From Bacilli bacterium (GTDB lineage: Bacteria; Bacillota_I; Bacilli_A; RF39; UBA660), in NCBI GenBank assembly GCA_028691955.1, contig JAQUYH010000001.1:94386-158385 (forward strand): 64,000 bases of DNA, read 5' to 3'. Both the position numbers and the translations under genes were made by a program. The notes beneath the pieces were generated by a model that made no database searches, was not told where the DNA came from, and saw nothing but the letters and a program-made list of their open reading frames with translations. Below, piece after piece: positions 49,537 through 59,315 of the stretch. How positions within the stretch are numbered: position 1 is the stretch's first letter; each line of letters begins with the position of its first letter.

Positions 49537-51041
49537 AGAAAATCAACATTATATTAGGAAGCATAACATTATATCTATCAATATTTATAATATTTTTAGT
49601 TAGATGGGCATTAACCACATTTGGTAAACAACCTGTAGACAGCATGTTGTTTACTCTTTTTAACTCATTTTCAGACTCCAGTACAACTATGTTAAACAAT
49701 TTTTATAAACACTGTCTAATTCCAGCAACAATAATATATATAATTATTATGTTAATACTATTCTTTAATCCATTAAAATTAGAAATTAAAGCTGAGTTGA
49801 AAAAATTAAATGAGAAAAAATACACACTATTTCCTTTCATCTATATAAAAAAATTTTTCTTTGCAATAAATATAGTAACACTAGTTATTATTGGATATAT
49901 TTCAGCAGACCAATTTGGAATAACTGACTATATAGTGGCTCAAGCAACTTCATCAGATTTTATTGAAGCTAATTATGCAGATCCAGAAACAACCGAAATA
50001 ATTTTTCCAAGTCAAAAAAGGAATTTAATATATATTTATATGGAATCGCTTGAGACAACATATCTATCTAATACACTAGGTGGATATCAAAGCACAAATT
50101 TAATGCCTAAACTAACAGAACTAACAAGTGGACAAACTAATTTTTCTAATACAGACCTATTAGGTGGAGCAGTGTCTAGTAGTGGATCTACTTGGACAAT
50201 TGCAGGCATGGTTTCAACAACAGCTGGTATTCCATTAAAAGTTGATGTTGATGGTAATTCATATGGTTCTGAAGATGATTTTTTGCCTGGTGCTTATAAT
50301 TTAGGAGATATCCTTGAAAAAGAAGGATATAATCAAATGATAATGATGGGATCAGATTCACTATTTGCAGGTCGTAAGTATTATTTTACTCTTCATGGAA
50401 ATTATGATATTTTTGATTACTATACAGCTATATCAGAAGGTAAAATTAGTAGCTCATACAAAGTATGGTGGGGATATGAAGACAGCAAACTATATGAATA
50501 TGCTAAAGAAAAATTAGCTGTTTTAGCAAGTGAAGATGAACCATTTAACTTTACATTGCTAACTGCAGACACACATTTTCCAGACGGTTATTTGAGCGAA
50601 TATTGTAGTTATTCAAATAAATATGATGATAATCTAAGTAACGTTGTAGTATGTGCTGATGATATGTTATATGATTTTATATCATGGATCAAAGAACAAG
50701 ACTTTTATGACAATACCACCATTGTTATCAGCGGTGATCATATAAGCATGGATCAGAACTTCTTTAAAGATGTAAGTGATGACTACACAAGAACAGTATA
50801 TAATTTATTTATTAATTCTGCTGTGACAACTGAAAATAATAAAAATAGAAATTTTACAACTCTCGATATGTTTCCAACAACTTTAGCCAGTCTAGGTGTA
50901 ATAATTGATGGAGATAAACTTGGCCTAGGAACTAATTTGTTTTCAGATAAACAAACATTAACGGAACAGTATGGAATAGATTATATTAACCAAGAATTAG
51001 ATAAATCATCAGATTTTTATAAAGAAAATATTTTGAAATAG
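49530..51041 (+). CDS. LTA-synthase/sulfatase-family membrane protein (alkaline-phosphatase superfamily)
   Basis: N-terminal TMs; IYIYMESLET and ISGDH metal-site motifs; overlaps the previous gene. Confidence 0.6.
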   Translation: MLKKINIILGSITLYLSIFIIFLVRWALTTFGKQPVDSMLFTLFNSFSDSSTTMLNNFYKHCLIPATIIYIIIMLILFFNPLKLEIKAELKKLNEKKYTLFPFIYIKKFFFAINIVTLVIIGYISADQFGITDYIVAQATSSDFIEANYADPETTEIIFPSQKRNLIYIYMESLETTYLSNTLGGYQSTNLMPKLTELTSGQTNFSNTDLLGGAVSSSGSTWTIAGMVSTTAGIPLKVDVDGNSYGSEDDFLPGAYNLGDILEKEGYNQMIMMGSDSLFAGRKYYFTLHGNYDIFDYYTAISEGKISSSYKVWWGYEDSKLYEYAKEKLAVLASEDEPFNFTLLTADTHFPDGYLSEYCSYSNKYDDNLSNVVVCADDMLYDFISWIKEQDFYDNTTIVISGDHISMDQNFFKDVSDDYTRTVYNLFINSAVTTENNKNRNFTTLDMFPTTLASLGVIIDGDKLGLGTNLFSDKQTLTEQYGIDYINQELDKSSDFYKENILK

Positions 51042-51162
51042 TAAATTTGACTTTTTATTAAAAAGTGCTATAATACATATTGCAGGGAAGGGAAATAAGG
51101 TAATATTTCCCTCTCCATTTTTTATAAATTTGACAAATTATATATGTTATGTTAGAATCTTA

Positions 51163-51758
51163 GACATTGATGGCACATTATTCTAGTCAGGATAATTTGT
51201 TATGAAGGCGGGGGTAAAATACCGTTAAAGAGCATATCTATGAAGCTTTTGGTGCTTGCTTCTTACGCCCAGTCTGGGGTGAGTGCTGGAAGGTATAAAC
51301 TATGGGCATCCGTAATGGCATACGATAGTGACCCACAGTTTAGTTGAAGACCTATTTTATATTTAATATATAATAGGAAAACCTACCATATGGCGAAAGT
51401 TATGGGTAGCGTAGCTTGTCTTGAGTGATAATAGGGGATAGTTAATCTATTTTAAATAGTATGGCCGTATTATTTAAATATTGGAATTTGAAACTATTAT
51501 TGCAAAAAAGAATAATAACAAATGAAACCTGTTGAGGAAATCTCCTAGGGTGTTGCATAATATAGGATTACAGTGCGTACTAAGTGGTAATCAAGTCGTA
51601 TATTTGGTGACAATATACTTGTTTCTTTAAAAGGGAACTGCTATACTGGTAACGGATAGTAGAAACAAGGGAAATCCTACTTGACCTATGACGTAAAGTT
51701 AACTATATTAAAGTCCAATCAAACCAAAGGTATATGTGTTTACATATATTTTTTTTTA
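51163..51758 (+). ncRNA. ole: large structured non-coding RNA, candidate OLE RNA
   Basis: about 600-nt ORF-free GC-enriched tract; own promoter TTGACA-17-TAGAAT (51130-51158); terminator hairpin TATATGT/ACATATA plus T9 (51731-51757); immediately upstream of a small 4-TM protein. Confidence 0.5.
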
Positions 51759-51785
51759 TGTTAAAATACCTTTGAGGTAAAATAA

Positions 51786-52319
51786 ATGGCAAAGAAAAAC
51801 AAACAAAATATTACAAAATGGATTGTTAAAATTTCAATTTTAGCTTTCATTATTTCCTTTTCACTATCGGCTTTATCAGAAGCATTGCTTCCTAAAATAA
51901 ATATAATAATAGGTATAATTATACTACTAATATTTATTTTTATCGGCGTTTTATTTGATATGATAGGAGTAGCTTTTACGTCAGCTGATGAAGAACCTTT
52001 TCATGCCCAGAGCTCAAGAAAAGTGCATGGAGCATCTACTGCTGTAAAACTAATTAAAAATGCACCTAGAGTCTCTAGCTTCTGTAATGATGTTGTAGGT
52101 GACATCTGTGGTATTTTATCAGGTAGCGCAGGTGTTGTTATAGCAGCGGGATTAATTAGTAATATGCATTTAAATAGTTACATAACAGCTCTAACAGTAA
52201 CCGCTATAATTTCATCTTTAACTATAGGGTTAAAAGCTATAGGAAAAGAAATAGCAATAAAGAACAATACAAAAATAATTTCAGCTTTTTCCAAAACAAT
52301 ATCAATATTTTATAAATAA
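51786..52319 (+). CDS. oapA: small four-TM membrane protein, candidate OapA (OLE-associated protein A)
   Basis: 177 aa; four predicted TMs; DVVGD (DxxxD) motif; immediately downstream of the ncRNA. Confidence 0.55.
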   Translation: MAKKNKQNITKWIVKISILAFIISFSLSALSEALLPKINIIIGIIILLIFIFIGVLFDMIGVAFTSADEEPFHAQSSRKVHGASTAVKLIKNAPRVSSFCNDVVGDICGILSGSAGVVIAAGLISNMHLNSYITALTVTAIISSLTIGLKAIGKEIAIKNNTKIISAFSKTISIFYK

Positions 52320-52345
52320 GCAAGTAATAATACTTGCTTTTTTTC
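52318..52345 (+). terminator. rho-independent terminator after the oapA-like gene
   Basis: AAGCAAGTA-ATAA-TACTTGCTT then T7. Confidence 0.6.
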
Positions 52346-52405
52346 ATACATTTTTCACAATAATTTCACATAATATTTCTATAATAATATAGAAAGGAGA
52401 AAAAA

Positions 52406-53854
52406 ATGTACATATTTAAGTATGCGTACCTGTCAGTTACGCGAAATAAGGGAAGAAATATCTTAATAGGATTAATAATTATGGCAATTACTATAAGTGC
52501 CTGCATAGCACTTACTATAAATAAATCAGGTGAAAATTTGGTAAATACATATATTAATTCAAACAAATTAGAAATTACATTCAATATGGATACCGGAATC
52601 TATAGAAATGCAACTGACGAAGAAAAAGAAACCTACACCCCTATAACAATAGAGGATGTAATTAACTATGGTGATAGTTCGTACGTAAGTGATTATTACT
52701 ACACTCTAACATCATCTTTAGAATCTGACGATATAGAAACAGTATCATACGATGAAATGTTTCAAATGCCAGATGATAGAGAAACAGACAGTACTAGTAG
52801 TACAGACACCAGCAATAGACCATCTTTTGGTGGTGGAACTACCGGATTTAGTTTTGTAGCATATTCTAATCAGGGGTATAATGAAAATTTTGTTGACGGA
52901 ACAAACAAAATAACTTCTGGAGAAATGTTTGATAATGATTCAACTGAAAACGTTGTTGTAATTAGTAGCGATCTAGCCGATGAAAACAATCTAGAAGTAG
53001 GGGACACTATAACCTTCTATAGTTCTACAGATGATACTATTACTTATGAATTTACAGTAGTCGGAATTTATGAGGATTCATCAACTATAGAATCAACTTC
53101 AGGTATGGGTCAAAATAATTCAAGAAATACCATATATATACCATTATCTATTGCCAAAACCATTTTAGCAAATGAAGATGATAGTGTTACAAATAAAGGC
53201 TTGTCAGCTAAATTTTATTTAAACAATAATGATGATTTAGATGCCTTTGAAACAGAAGTAAGAGAAAAAGGGCTAAGTGATGTTTATACAGTATCAACAA
53301 ATGAAGATGAAATCACATCAACTCTAGAGCATATAAAAAATATGAGTAAATTTTCAAAAAGCTTCTTAATTGTGGTGTTAATAATAGGAGCAATTATATT
53401 ATCAATTATTAATATTTTAAATATTCGTGAGAGAAAATATGAAATTGGTGTATCAAGAGCTATAGGAATGACTAAATCTAAAATAACATTACAACTAGTG
53501 GCAGAGATGATGATAGTATCACTTGCTGCTCTAATAGTAGGAACAACAATCGGTGTAGCAACAAGTCAACCAATAACAAACTCAATTCTAGCTAGTGAAA
53601 TATCAAGCTATCAAACAGAGTCTACTCAAATTTCAGAAAACTTTGGTGGTAAAAATTTTGGAACAAACACGCAAAGAGGAGGATCATTTACAAAAAATAT
53701 TGATTATGTAGACAGTCTAAAAGTAACAGTGTCAGCGATTACAATACTTCAATTGTTCTTAATAAGTATATTTTTAACAACAGTAAGTGGAATTATAGCT
53801 ATTACATTTATTAATCAATACGAACCAAACAAAATCCTTCAGAATAGAACATAG
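52406..53854 (+). CDS. ABC transporter permease, FtsX/MacB-type with a large extracytoplasmic domain
   Basis: one N-terminal TM, about 270-aa extracellular domain, three C-terminal TMs. Confidence 0.8.
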   Translation: MYIFKYAYLSVTRNKGRNILIGLIIMAITISACIALTINKSGENLVNTYINSNKLEITFNMDTGIYRNATDEEKETYTPITIEDVINYGDSSYVSDYYYTLTSSLESDDIETVSYDEMFQMPDDRETDSTSSTDTSNRPSFGGGTTGFSFVAYSNQGYNENFVDGTNKITSGEMFDNDSTENVVVISSDLADENNLEVGDTITFYSSTDDTITYEFTVVGIYEDSSTIESTSGMGQNNSRNTIYIPLSIAKTILANEDDSVTNKGLSAKFYLNNNDDLDAFETEVREKGLSDVYTVSTNEDEITSTLEHIKNMSKFSKSFLIVVLIIGAIILSIINILNIRERKYEIGVSRAIGMTKSKITLQLVAEMMIVSLAALIVGTTIGVATSQPITNSILASEISSYQTESTQISENFGGKNFGTNTQRGGSFTKNIDYVDSLKVTVSAITILQLFLISIFLTTVSGIIAITFINQYEPNKILQNRT

Positions 53855-53864
53855 GAGATGAAAT

Positions 53865-54530
53865 ATGAGTATAATTAAAATAGAAGAGTTATATTTTACA
53901 TATGATGGCTCTAAATACGTTTTACAAAAAATAAATATGGAATTTGAAAAAGGAATTACATATGGAGTTTTTGGTAAAAGTGGGGCTGGTAAATCCACAT
54001 TACTGTCTTTAATAGCTGGCTTAGAAGTTGCTTCCAAAGGTAAAATTTCATATTTAAATAAAGACTTATCAAAAATAAATCGTGATAAATATAGATGTAA
54101 TGAAATTGGAGTGATTTTTCAAAGTTTTAACCTTTTGCCTCACTTGACTGCTCTTGAAAATGTAATACTTTCTATGGACATAAGTGATTTAAATGTTAAA
54201 GATAGAGAAAAAAAGGCTCATCAGCTACTAAATAAGGTAGGAATAGATGAAACAAAAGCAAGCAGAAGAGTATTACAACTTTCAGGTGGTGAACAGCAAA
54301 GAGTATCTATAGCACGAGCTTTAGCATATGATTCTGAGGTCATTCTAGCAGATGAACCGACTGGAAACCTAGATAAAGATAATGAAGAAGAGATAATTAA
54401 TTTGCTCTCTGATCTAGCACATAAAGAAAACAAATGTGTTATAATTATAAGCCACTCACATAATGTAAAAGAAGCAGTAGATACAGTATATTATCTTGAA
54501 AATGGAAAATTAAAAGAATCAAAAGACTAG
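53865..54530 (+). CDS. ABC transporter ATP-binding protein (MacB/LolD-type)
   Basis: Walker A GKSGAGKST, signature LSGGEQQRVSIARA, Walker B ILADEPTGNLD. Confidence 0.9.
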   Translation: MSIIKIEELYFTYDGSKYVLQKINMEFEKGITYGVFGKSGAGKSTLLSLIAGLEVASKGKISYLNKDLSKINRDKYRCNEIGVIFQSFNLLPHLTALENVILSMDISDLNVKDREKKAHQLLNKVGIDETKASRRVLQLSGGEQQRVSIARALAYDSEVILADEPTGNLDKDNEEEIINLLSDLAHKENKCVIIISHSHNVKEAVDTVYYLENGKLKESKD

Positions 54531-54546
54531 TAATAGTCTTTTTTTG
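54523..54546 (+). terminator. rho-independent terminator after the ABC ATPase
   Basis: AAGACTA-GTAA-TAGTCTT then T7. Confidence 0.6.
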
Positions 54547-54595
54547 ACAATAATAAAAAAAATGATAGTATAGCAAATGAAGAGGAGGGGTTTTT

Positions 54596-55432
54596 GTGAA
54601 TGAAGCCACTGAAGTTGAAGAGAAAGTAACAGAAAAAGAAGAAGTCAAAATATTATTAGACATGCTAAATTATAGAAAAGAAGGATATAAAAAAGGCAGT
54701 TTGAATGGTACAATAGGAACAATTTTAGTTATTATATGTAGTTTATTATCCTTAATAACGCCAATTTTATCAGTTGCAGCAATAGCAATAATAGGGCCAA
54801 TAGCTGTATTTAAGGCGATAAAGGAAAGAAGAAAGTCGTTAAAAAAAGATAAAAAAACAAAAAAAGCAATGAGGAAATATATAGGAAGAAGAAACAACAC
54901 ATTATTTGAAGCGATAAGTTCTAAAAGTAACAATATATCTGTAAATGGTAAAGCTAAAAACGAAGAAATTCAAAACAATCAAGAGGTTATGGATTCTATG
55001 CAAATTAAGCTAGAAGGAATAAAGCTTGATTCAAGAATAAAACTATCAACACTACTTAATTTTATTTTATATTTAGTTTTATTATTGGCCTTACCTGGAT
55101 CAACATTACCAATAATACTATTGATTGCCGGTGAAACGTCTATGGTTGGATTAAATGTATTAAAAAGTCAAAAAGGTTTAAAAAATAAATTTGGAAAATC
55201 AAGGCTTAAAGCATTGAAGAAAAAATACGCAAAAGAAACATTTGATAGTCTATCAAGCCAATTAAATAGTAATATTACAAAGATTTCAGAAAAACAAATA
55301 GAACATGAAACTGCAGCACCAACGAAAAATCAACATCAAGTTAGTAACACTTATGATCATGAACGAGCAAATGATGCTGAATTTTCAGAAATATCAATAA
55401 GTGCTGAAGAGCCTCATCCTCATGTAAGATAA
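54596..55432 (+). CDS. hypothetical membrane protein
   Basis: RBS GAGGAGGGG; TM segments; Lys-rich. Confidence 0.5.
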   Translation: MNEATEVEEKVTEKEEVKILLDMLNYRKEGYKKGSLNGTIGTILVIICSLLSLITPILSVAAIAIIGPIAVFKAIKERRKSLKKDKKTKKAMRKYIGRRNNTLFEAISSKSNNISVNGKAKNEEIQNNQEVMDSMQIKLEGIKLDSRIKLSTLLNFILYLVLLLALPGSTLPIILLIAGETSMVGLNVLKSQKGLKNKFGKSRLKALKKKYAKETFDSLSSQLNSNITKISEKQIEHETAAPTKNQHQVSNTYDHERANDAEFSEISISAEEPHPHVR

Positions 55433-55553
55433 TAACTAATAAAGCAAAAGAGAAAACTTTTCTCTTTTTTATGTCAATAATTTTAAATTTGTTTAACCAG
55501 TTTGACAATCAATTAAAAAAATGCTAACATAAGGCCCATTAAGAGGGATTTTT

Positions 55554-56402
55554 ATGAATGAAGAAAAGGAAATATTAAAAGCAATTGAACTAAAAAACTT
55601 TAAAAATAAAATTTTAAGCATTATTACAACAGACAGTATTTTTATAGGAAGCGCTATTGTTTCAGTAATATCTCACTCATGGATTATTTTATCATTAATA
55701 GTTGGTTTTGGAATTTATTTAAACATCGATGTTCCAAAAAAAATGAAAAAAGAGCATGAGCTTAGTTATAAAGGCATTACCAAAAGGGAAGGGAAAGCTA
55801 TTTTAAAAAAATATAAAACTAGTGATTTTATTTCATTAGTTGAAAAATTGGAAGAAAATGCAAATTTAAATATGAAAAACAGAGAAGTTCCAGAATTAGA
55901 GTTATTAGAAGACACTTTTTCCGCTAATAAGCAAGCACATAAAAATTTAATGGATATTATGTTTGCCACTGCGTGTAAGGATACAAAATGGAATATGAAA
56001 AAACAAGCTTTAGCTATAGCTATTTCTGCAACAATTATTAGTTTTTATCTTTCAACAGGGGTAATATCAATAATTTTAATATGGATCGGCCAATCTATAA
56101 TAAATCATCAAATAGACACCGAAATGAAAAAAATATTAAACAAAAAAGTAAATGATGAGCGTTTATTAGAGTTGGAAAAAGAATTTTCAAATTTCCAACA
56201 TTTAATTGATTTTACGGATTATTATCAAGTATCACTTTTACTAAATAAAAAGCTCGACTTTATATTAAATTTCTTGATACATAAAGCCAAGAAAAAAGAA
56301 AATGCAGATTTAAAAGTAGCTAATGAAGAAAAAAAACATACAATAAATTTAGCAGAGTTTAAAAAGCATGATAAACCAAAAGTATATACCCTAAAAAAAT
56401 AG
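55554..56402 (+). CDS. hypothetical membrane protein
   Basis: RBS AAGAGGGA; TM segments. Confidence 0.5.
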   Translation: MNEEKEILKAIELKNFKNKILSIITTDSIFIGSAIVSVISHSWIILSLIVGFGIYLNIDVPKKMKKEHELSYKGITKREGKAILKKYKTSDFISLVEKLEENANLNMKNREVPELELLEDTFSANKQAHKNLMDIMFATACKDTKWNMKKQALAIAISATIISFYLSTGVISIILIWIGQSIINHQIDTEMKKILNKKVNDERLLELEKEFSNFQHLIDFTDYYQVSLLLNKKLDFILNFLIHKAKKKENADLKVANEEKKHTINLAEFKKHDKPKVYTLKK

Positions 56403-56424
56403 AAGATTTTTTCTTCTATTTTTC
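56394..56424. terminator. bidirectional terminator between convergent genes (hypothetical / pyrG)
   Basis: AGAAGA-TTTTT-TCTTCT flanked by A7 and T5. Confidence 0.5.
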
Positions 56425-58017
56425 TATGCTCGATTTAATAAACGAATCAAACAAAGGATGACATCTATTAGGCCTGCTTTTAAATTCAGGATGAAATTGA
56501 CCAGCTATAAAATGTTTATGAGTAGGTATTTCAATAATTTCAACCAAATTAGCTTGTTCATTAATCCCAGAGAAAACCATTCCCTTTTCTTCTAGCAGAC
56601 TTTTATATTTATTATTAAATTCATATCTGTGTCTATGACGTTCTAATATAGTCTCAGATTTATAATCAGCATAAGCTAAAGTATCTTTCTTTATTCTACA
56701 TTCATAATTTCCAAGTCTTAAAGTTCCCCCCATATTACTAATAGACTTTTGATCGGCCATTAAATCTATAATAGGATTTAATGTTTCTTCATTAAATTCA
56801 GTAGAATCAGCATCTTTAATACCACATACATTTCTAGCAAACTCAATTACAGATATTTGCATTCCTAAGCATATGCCTAAGAATGGTACATTGTTAACTC
56901 TAGCATAATTAGCAGCAACTATCATTCCTTTTATTCCTCTAGAACCAAATCCTCCAGGAATAATTATGCCTTTACTATTTTTAAATACTTTATTTAAATC
57001 AACATCAGTTTTTTCTAATTCTTCAGAATTAACCCAATTAATTTTTATTTTAGTATTATATTTATAACCAGCATGTTTAAGAGATTCTTTAACAGATAAA
57101 TATGCGTCTTCCAAATCAACATATTTTCCTACTAAAGCTATTTCTGTTTCATCTTTTAAAGTTTCAGACAATTTAAGTAAATCTTCCCAATATTTTAAAT
57201 TACTTCTTTTATTTTCTAAACCAAATTGTTTTAAAATAGTTTCCTCAATATTTTGTTTATGAAAATTAATTGGGATTTGATATATATTACTAACATCAAT
57301 TGCCTCAATAATATTTTCAATTGGAATACTGCCAAATAAAGATATTTTCTTTTTAACATTTTCACCCAGCTCCATACTAGCTCTAGTTACTATTATATCG
57401 GGTTGAATTCCCAATTTTCTAAGCTCTATAATGCTATTTTGAGTAGGTTTAGTTTTAAGCTCATTAGAACCAAATAGGTAAGGAATCAATGTTGTATGAA
57501 CAAATATAGTATTTTCTTTCCCATTTTCCATTCTAAATTGTCTTAATGATTCCATCATAACTGAAGATTCAATATCTCCTACAGTCCCACCAATTTCAGT
57601 AATTACTATATCAGCCTTACTAGAAGTTCCAGCTTCATAGATTTTATTTTTTATTTCATTTGAAATATGAGGTACTATCTGAATAGTAGCTCCTAAAAAA
57701 TCTCCTCTTCTTTCTTTCTCAATTACAGAAGAATAAATTTTACCATTTGTTATATTAGATGAATAATTAAGTTCTTCATCAATAAATCTTTCATAGTGTC
57801 CTAGATCTAAATCCGTCTCGCATCCGTCAGCTGTAACAAATACCTCACCGTGTTGGATAGGGGACATAGTTCCAGGGTCTACATTCATATAAGGATCAAA
57901 TTTTTGCATAAAAACCTTATATCCTTTTGCTTTTAATAATAGGGCTATTGAAGAAGCAGTTATTCCTTTTCCAAGACCAGAACATACTCCTCCTGTTACA
58001 AATACATATTTTGTCAT
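56416..58017 (-). CDS. pyrG: CTP synthase
   Basis: MTKYVFVTGGVCSGLGKG; GATase Cys in GICLGMQ. Confidence 0.95.
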   Translation of the reverse strand: MTKYVFVTGGVCSGLGKGITASSIALLLKAKGYKVFMQKFDPYMNVDPGTMSPIQHGEVFVTADGCETDLDLGHYERFIDEELNYSSNITNGKIYSSVIEKERRGDFLGATIQIVPHISNEIKNKIYEAGTSSKADIVITEIGGTVGDIESSVMMESLRQFRMENGKENTIFVHTTLIPYLFGSNELKTKPTQNSIIELRKLGIQPDIIVTRASMELGENVKKKISLFGSIPIENIIEAIDVSNIYQIPINFHKQNIEETILKQFGLENKRSNLKYWEDLLKLSETLKDETEIALVGKYVDLEDAYLSVKESLKHAGYKYNTKIKINWVNSEELEKTDVDLNKVFKNSKGIIIPGGFGSRGIKGMIVAANYARVNNVPFLGICLGMQISVIEFARNVCGIKDADSTEFNEETLNPIIDLMADQKSISNMGGTLRLGNYECRIKKDTLAYADYKSETILERHRHRYEFNNKYKSLLEEKGMVFSGINEQANLVEIIEIPTHKHFIAGQFHPEFKSRPNRCHPLFDSFIKSSIEK

Positions 58018-58134
58018 AAATAAAAAAAACTCCTTCTAGAGAGTTCCGTATGGCTCTCTTTAATTATAACATATTATTTCTAAATGTCTTTATTTTTTAC
58101 ATAATTTTTGTTATAATTTTTTTGTTTACAAATA

Positions 58135-58209
58135 TGCCGATTTAGTTAAGTGGTATAACAGATCCATGGTAAGGATCAGTGGACAGTCCGATTCTGTCAT
58201 TCGGCACCA
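58135..58209 (+). tRNA. tRNA-Thr (anticodon GGU) with encoded CCA
   Basis: cloverleaf: acceptor GCCGATT/ATTCGGC, D-arm GTTA-AGTGGTA-TAAC, anticodon stem GATCC/GGATC with loop ATGGTAA, T-arm GACAG-TCCGATT-CTGTC, 3' ACCA. Coordinates +/-2 nt. Confidence 0.7.
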
Positions 58210-58499
58210 TATTGATAGGAAACTCGAACTTTTATAGTTTTGAGATTAATAAATTAATAAAAGTAAGAAAAAAATAAATACTAATGAGAATATATTAATA
58301 CTATTAGAATATATTGAAAATCATAAAACAATAAGTTCTATTATGGATATACTATCATATCACTTTTTAGATTTTTTTGTGCCTTTTCACAATTGTTCAT
58401 ACAATCTTCTCCTATTATTCATAATAATAACATATAATTGTTAAATATTACAAATTTTTATACACTTTATGGTAAAATATATATAATAAAGGAGAATAT

Positions 58500-59231
58500 A
58501 TGAAAATATTATTAGATGAACTTACAAACAAAAACAGGAAAGGAGTAACACTAAACTGTTTCTCACCACTTGTTATGATAATAACTTTTGCAATAGAAAT
58601 TTCTTTAGCTGTTTATACTTTTATCAAAAGCCGTAAAGCAAAATCAGATGTAGGGATTGTTATTGTATTGGTTTTTTTGGCAACATTTCAATTATCAGAA
58701 TACCAAATATGTGATGGTAAGGATGCATTACTTTGGTCTAGAATAGGCTTATTTGCCATAACCTTCTTACCTGTAATGGGAGTATATTTAATATCAAAGT
58801 TGAAAAAAGAAGCAAAGCTATTAAAAATAGGTTTTGCGATAGCTATTGCTTTTGCCATATTCTTTGTATTTATACCTAAAACAATCAATGGAGCCACATG
58901 TGGGGGAAATTATATTATATTTGATATCAAATCAAGTATACACTCTTTATATGGGTACTATTATTTAGGATTCCTATTTATAGGTATAATCCAAGCATTT
59001 AAAGGAATGCAAAATGAAGAAAATAAAAAGTCTATAAAAAAAGCTTTAAAATGGTTTATTATTGGTTATCTATCATTTATTTTGCCCCTTACTTTAGTAT
59101 ACATAATAATACCTATTACTAGAGTAGCGGTAACATCAATCATGTGCGGATTTGCAGTAATATTTGCATTTATTATTACATTCAAGATAGCTCCTATTTA
59201 TCATGAAAATATCAAACTAAAAAACAAATAA
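58500..59231 (+). CDS. polytopic membrane protein (about 7 TM), hypothetical
   Basis: RBS AAGGAGAA; hydrophobic throughout. Confidence 0.5.
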   Translation: MKILLDELTNKNRKGVTLNCFSPLVMIITFAIEISLAVYTFIKSRKAKSDVGIVIVLVFLATFQLSEYQICDGKDALLWSRIGLFAITFLPVMGVYLISKLKKEAKLLKIGFAIAIAFAIFFVFIPKTINGATCGGNYIIFDIKSSIHSLYGYYYLGFLFIGIIQAFKGMQNEENKKSIKKALKWFIIGYLSFILPLTLVYIIIPITRVAVTSIMCGFAVIFAFIITFKIAPIYHENIKLKNK

Positions 59232-59315
59232 TAAATTGTAAAACTATATTTCAAAGACTATATTTGACATAAAATAAACGCAGAAGTAAAATAATCATAG
59301 AAAAGAAATAAACAG

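Noticed and set aside
51040-51785. RNase P RNA, tmRNA or SRP RNA as explanations for the large non-coding region
   Set aside because: It has no RNase P CR-I/CR-II consensus (GGAAAGUCC, AGGGUGAAA). It has no tmRNA tag-reading frame or 3' CCACCA end. It is far longer than SRP RNA and not near ffh. The length and the small 4-TM gene downstream fit OLE better.
58018-58100. pyrG leader as a CTP-sensing reiterative-transcription attenuator
   Set aside because: There is a -10 TATAAT and a short AGAGAG/CTCTCT hairpin on the minus strand. It lacks the GGGC start and a properly placed U-run, so this is too weak to call.
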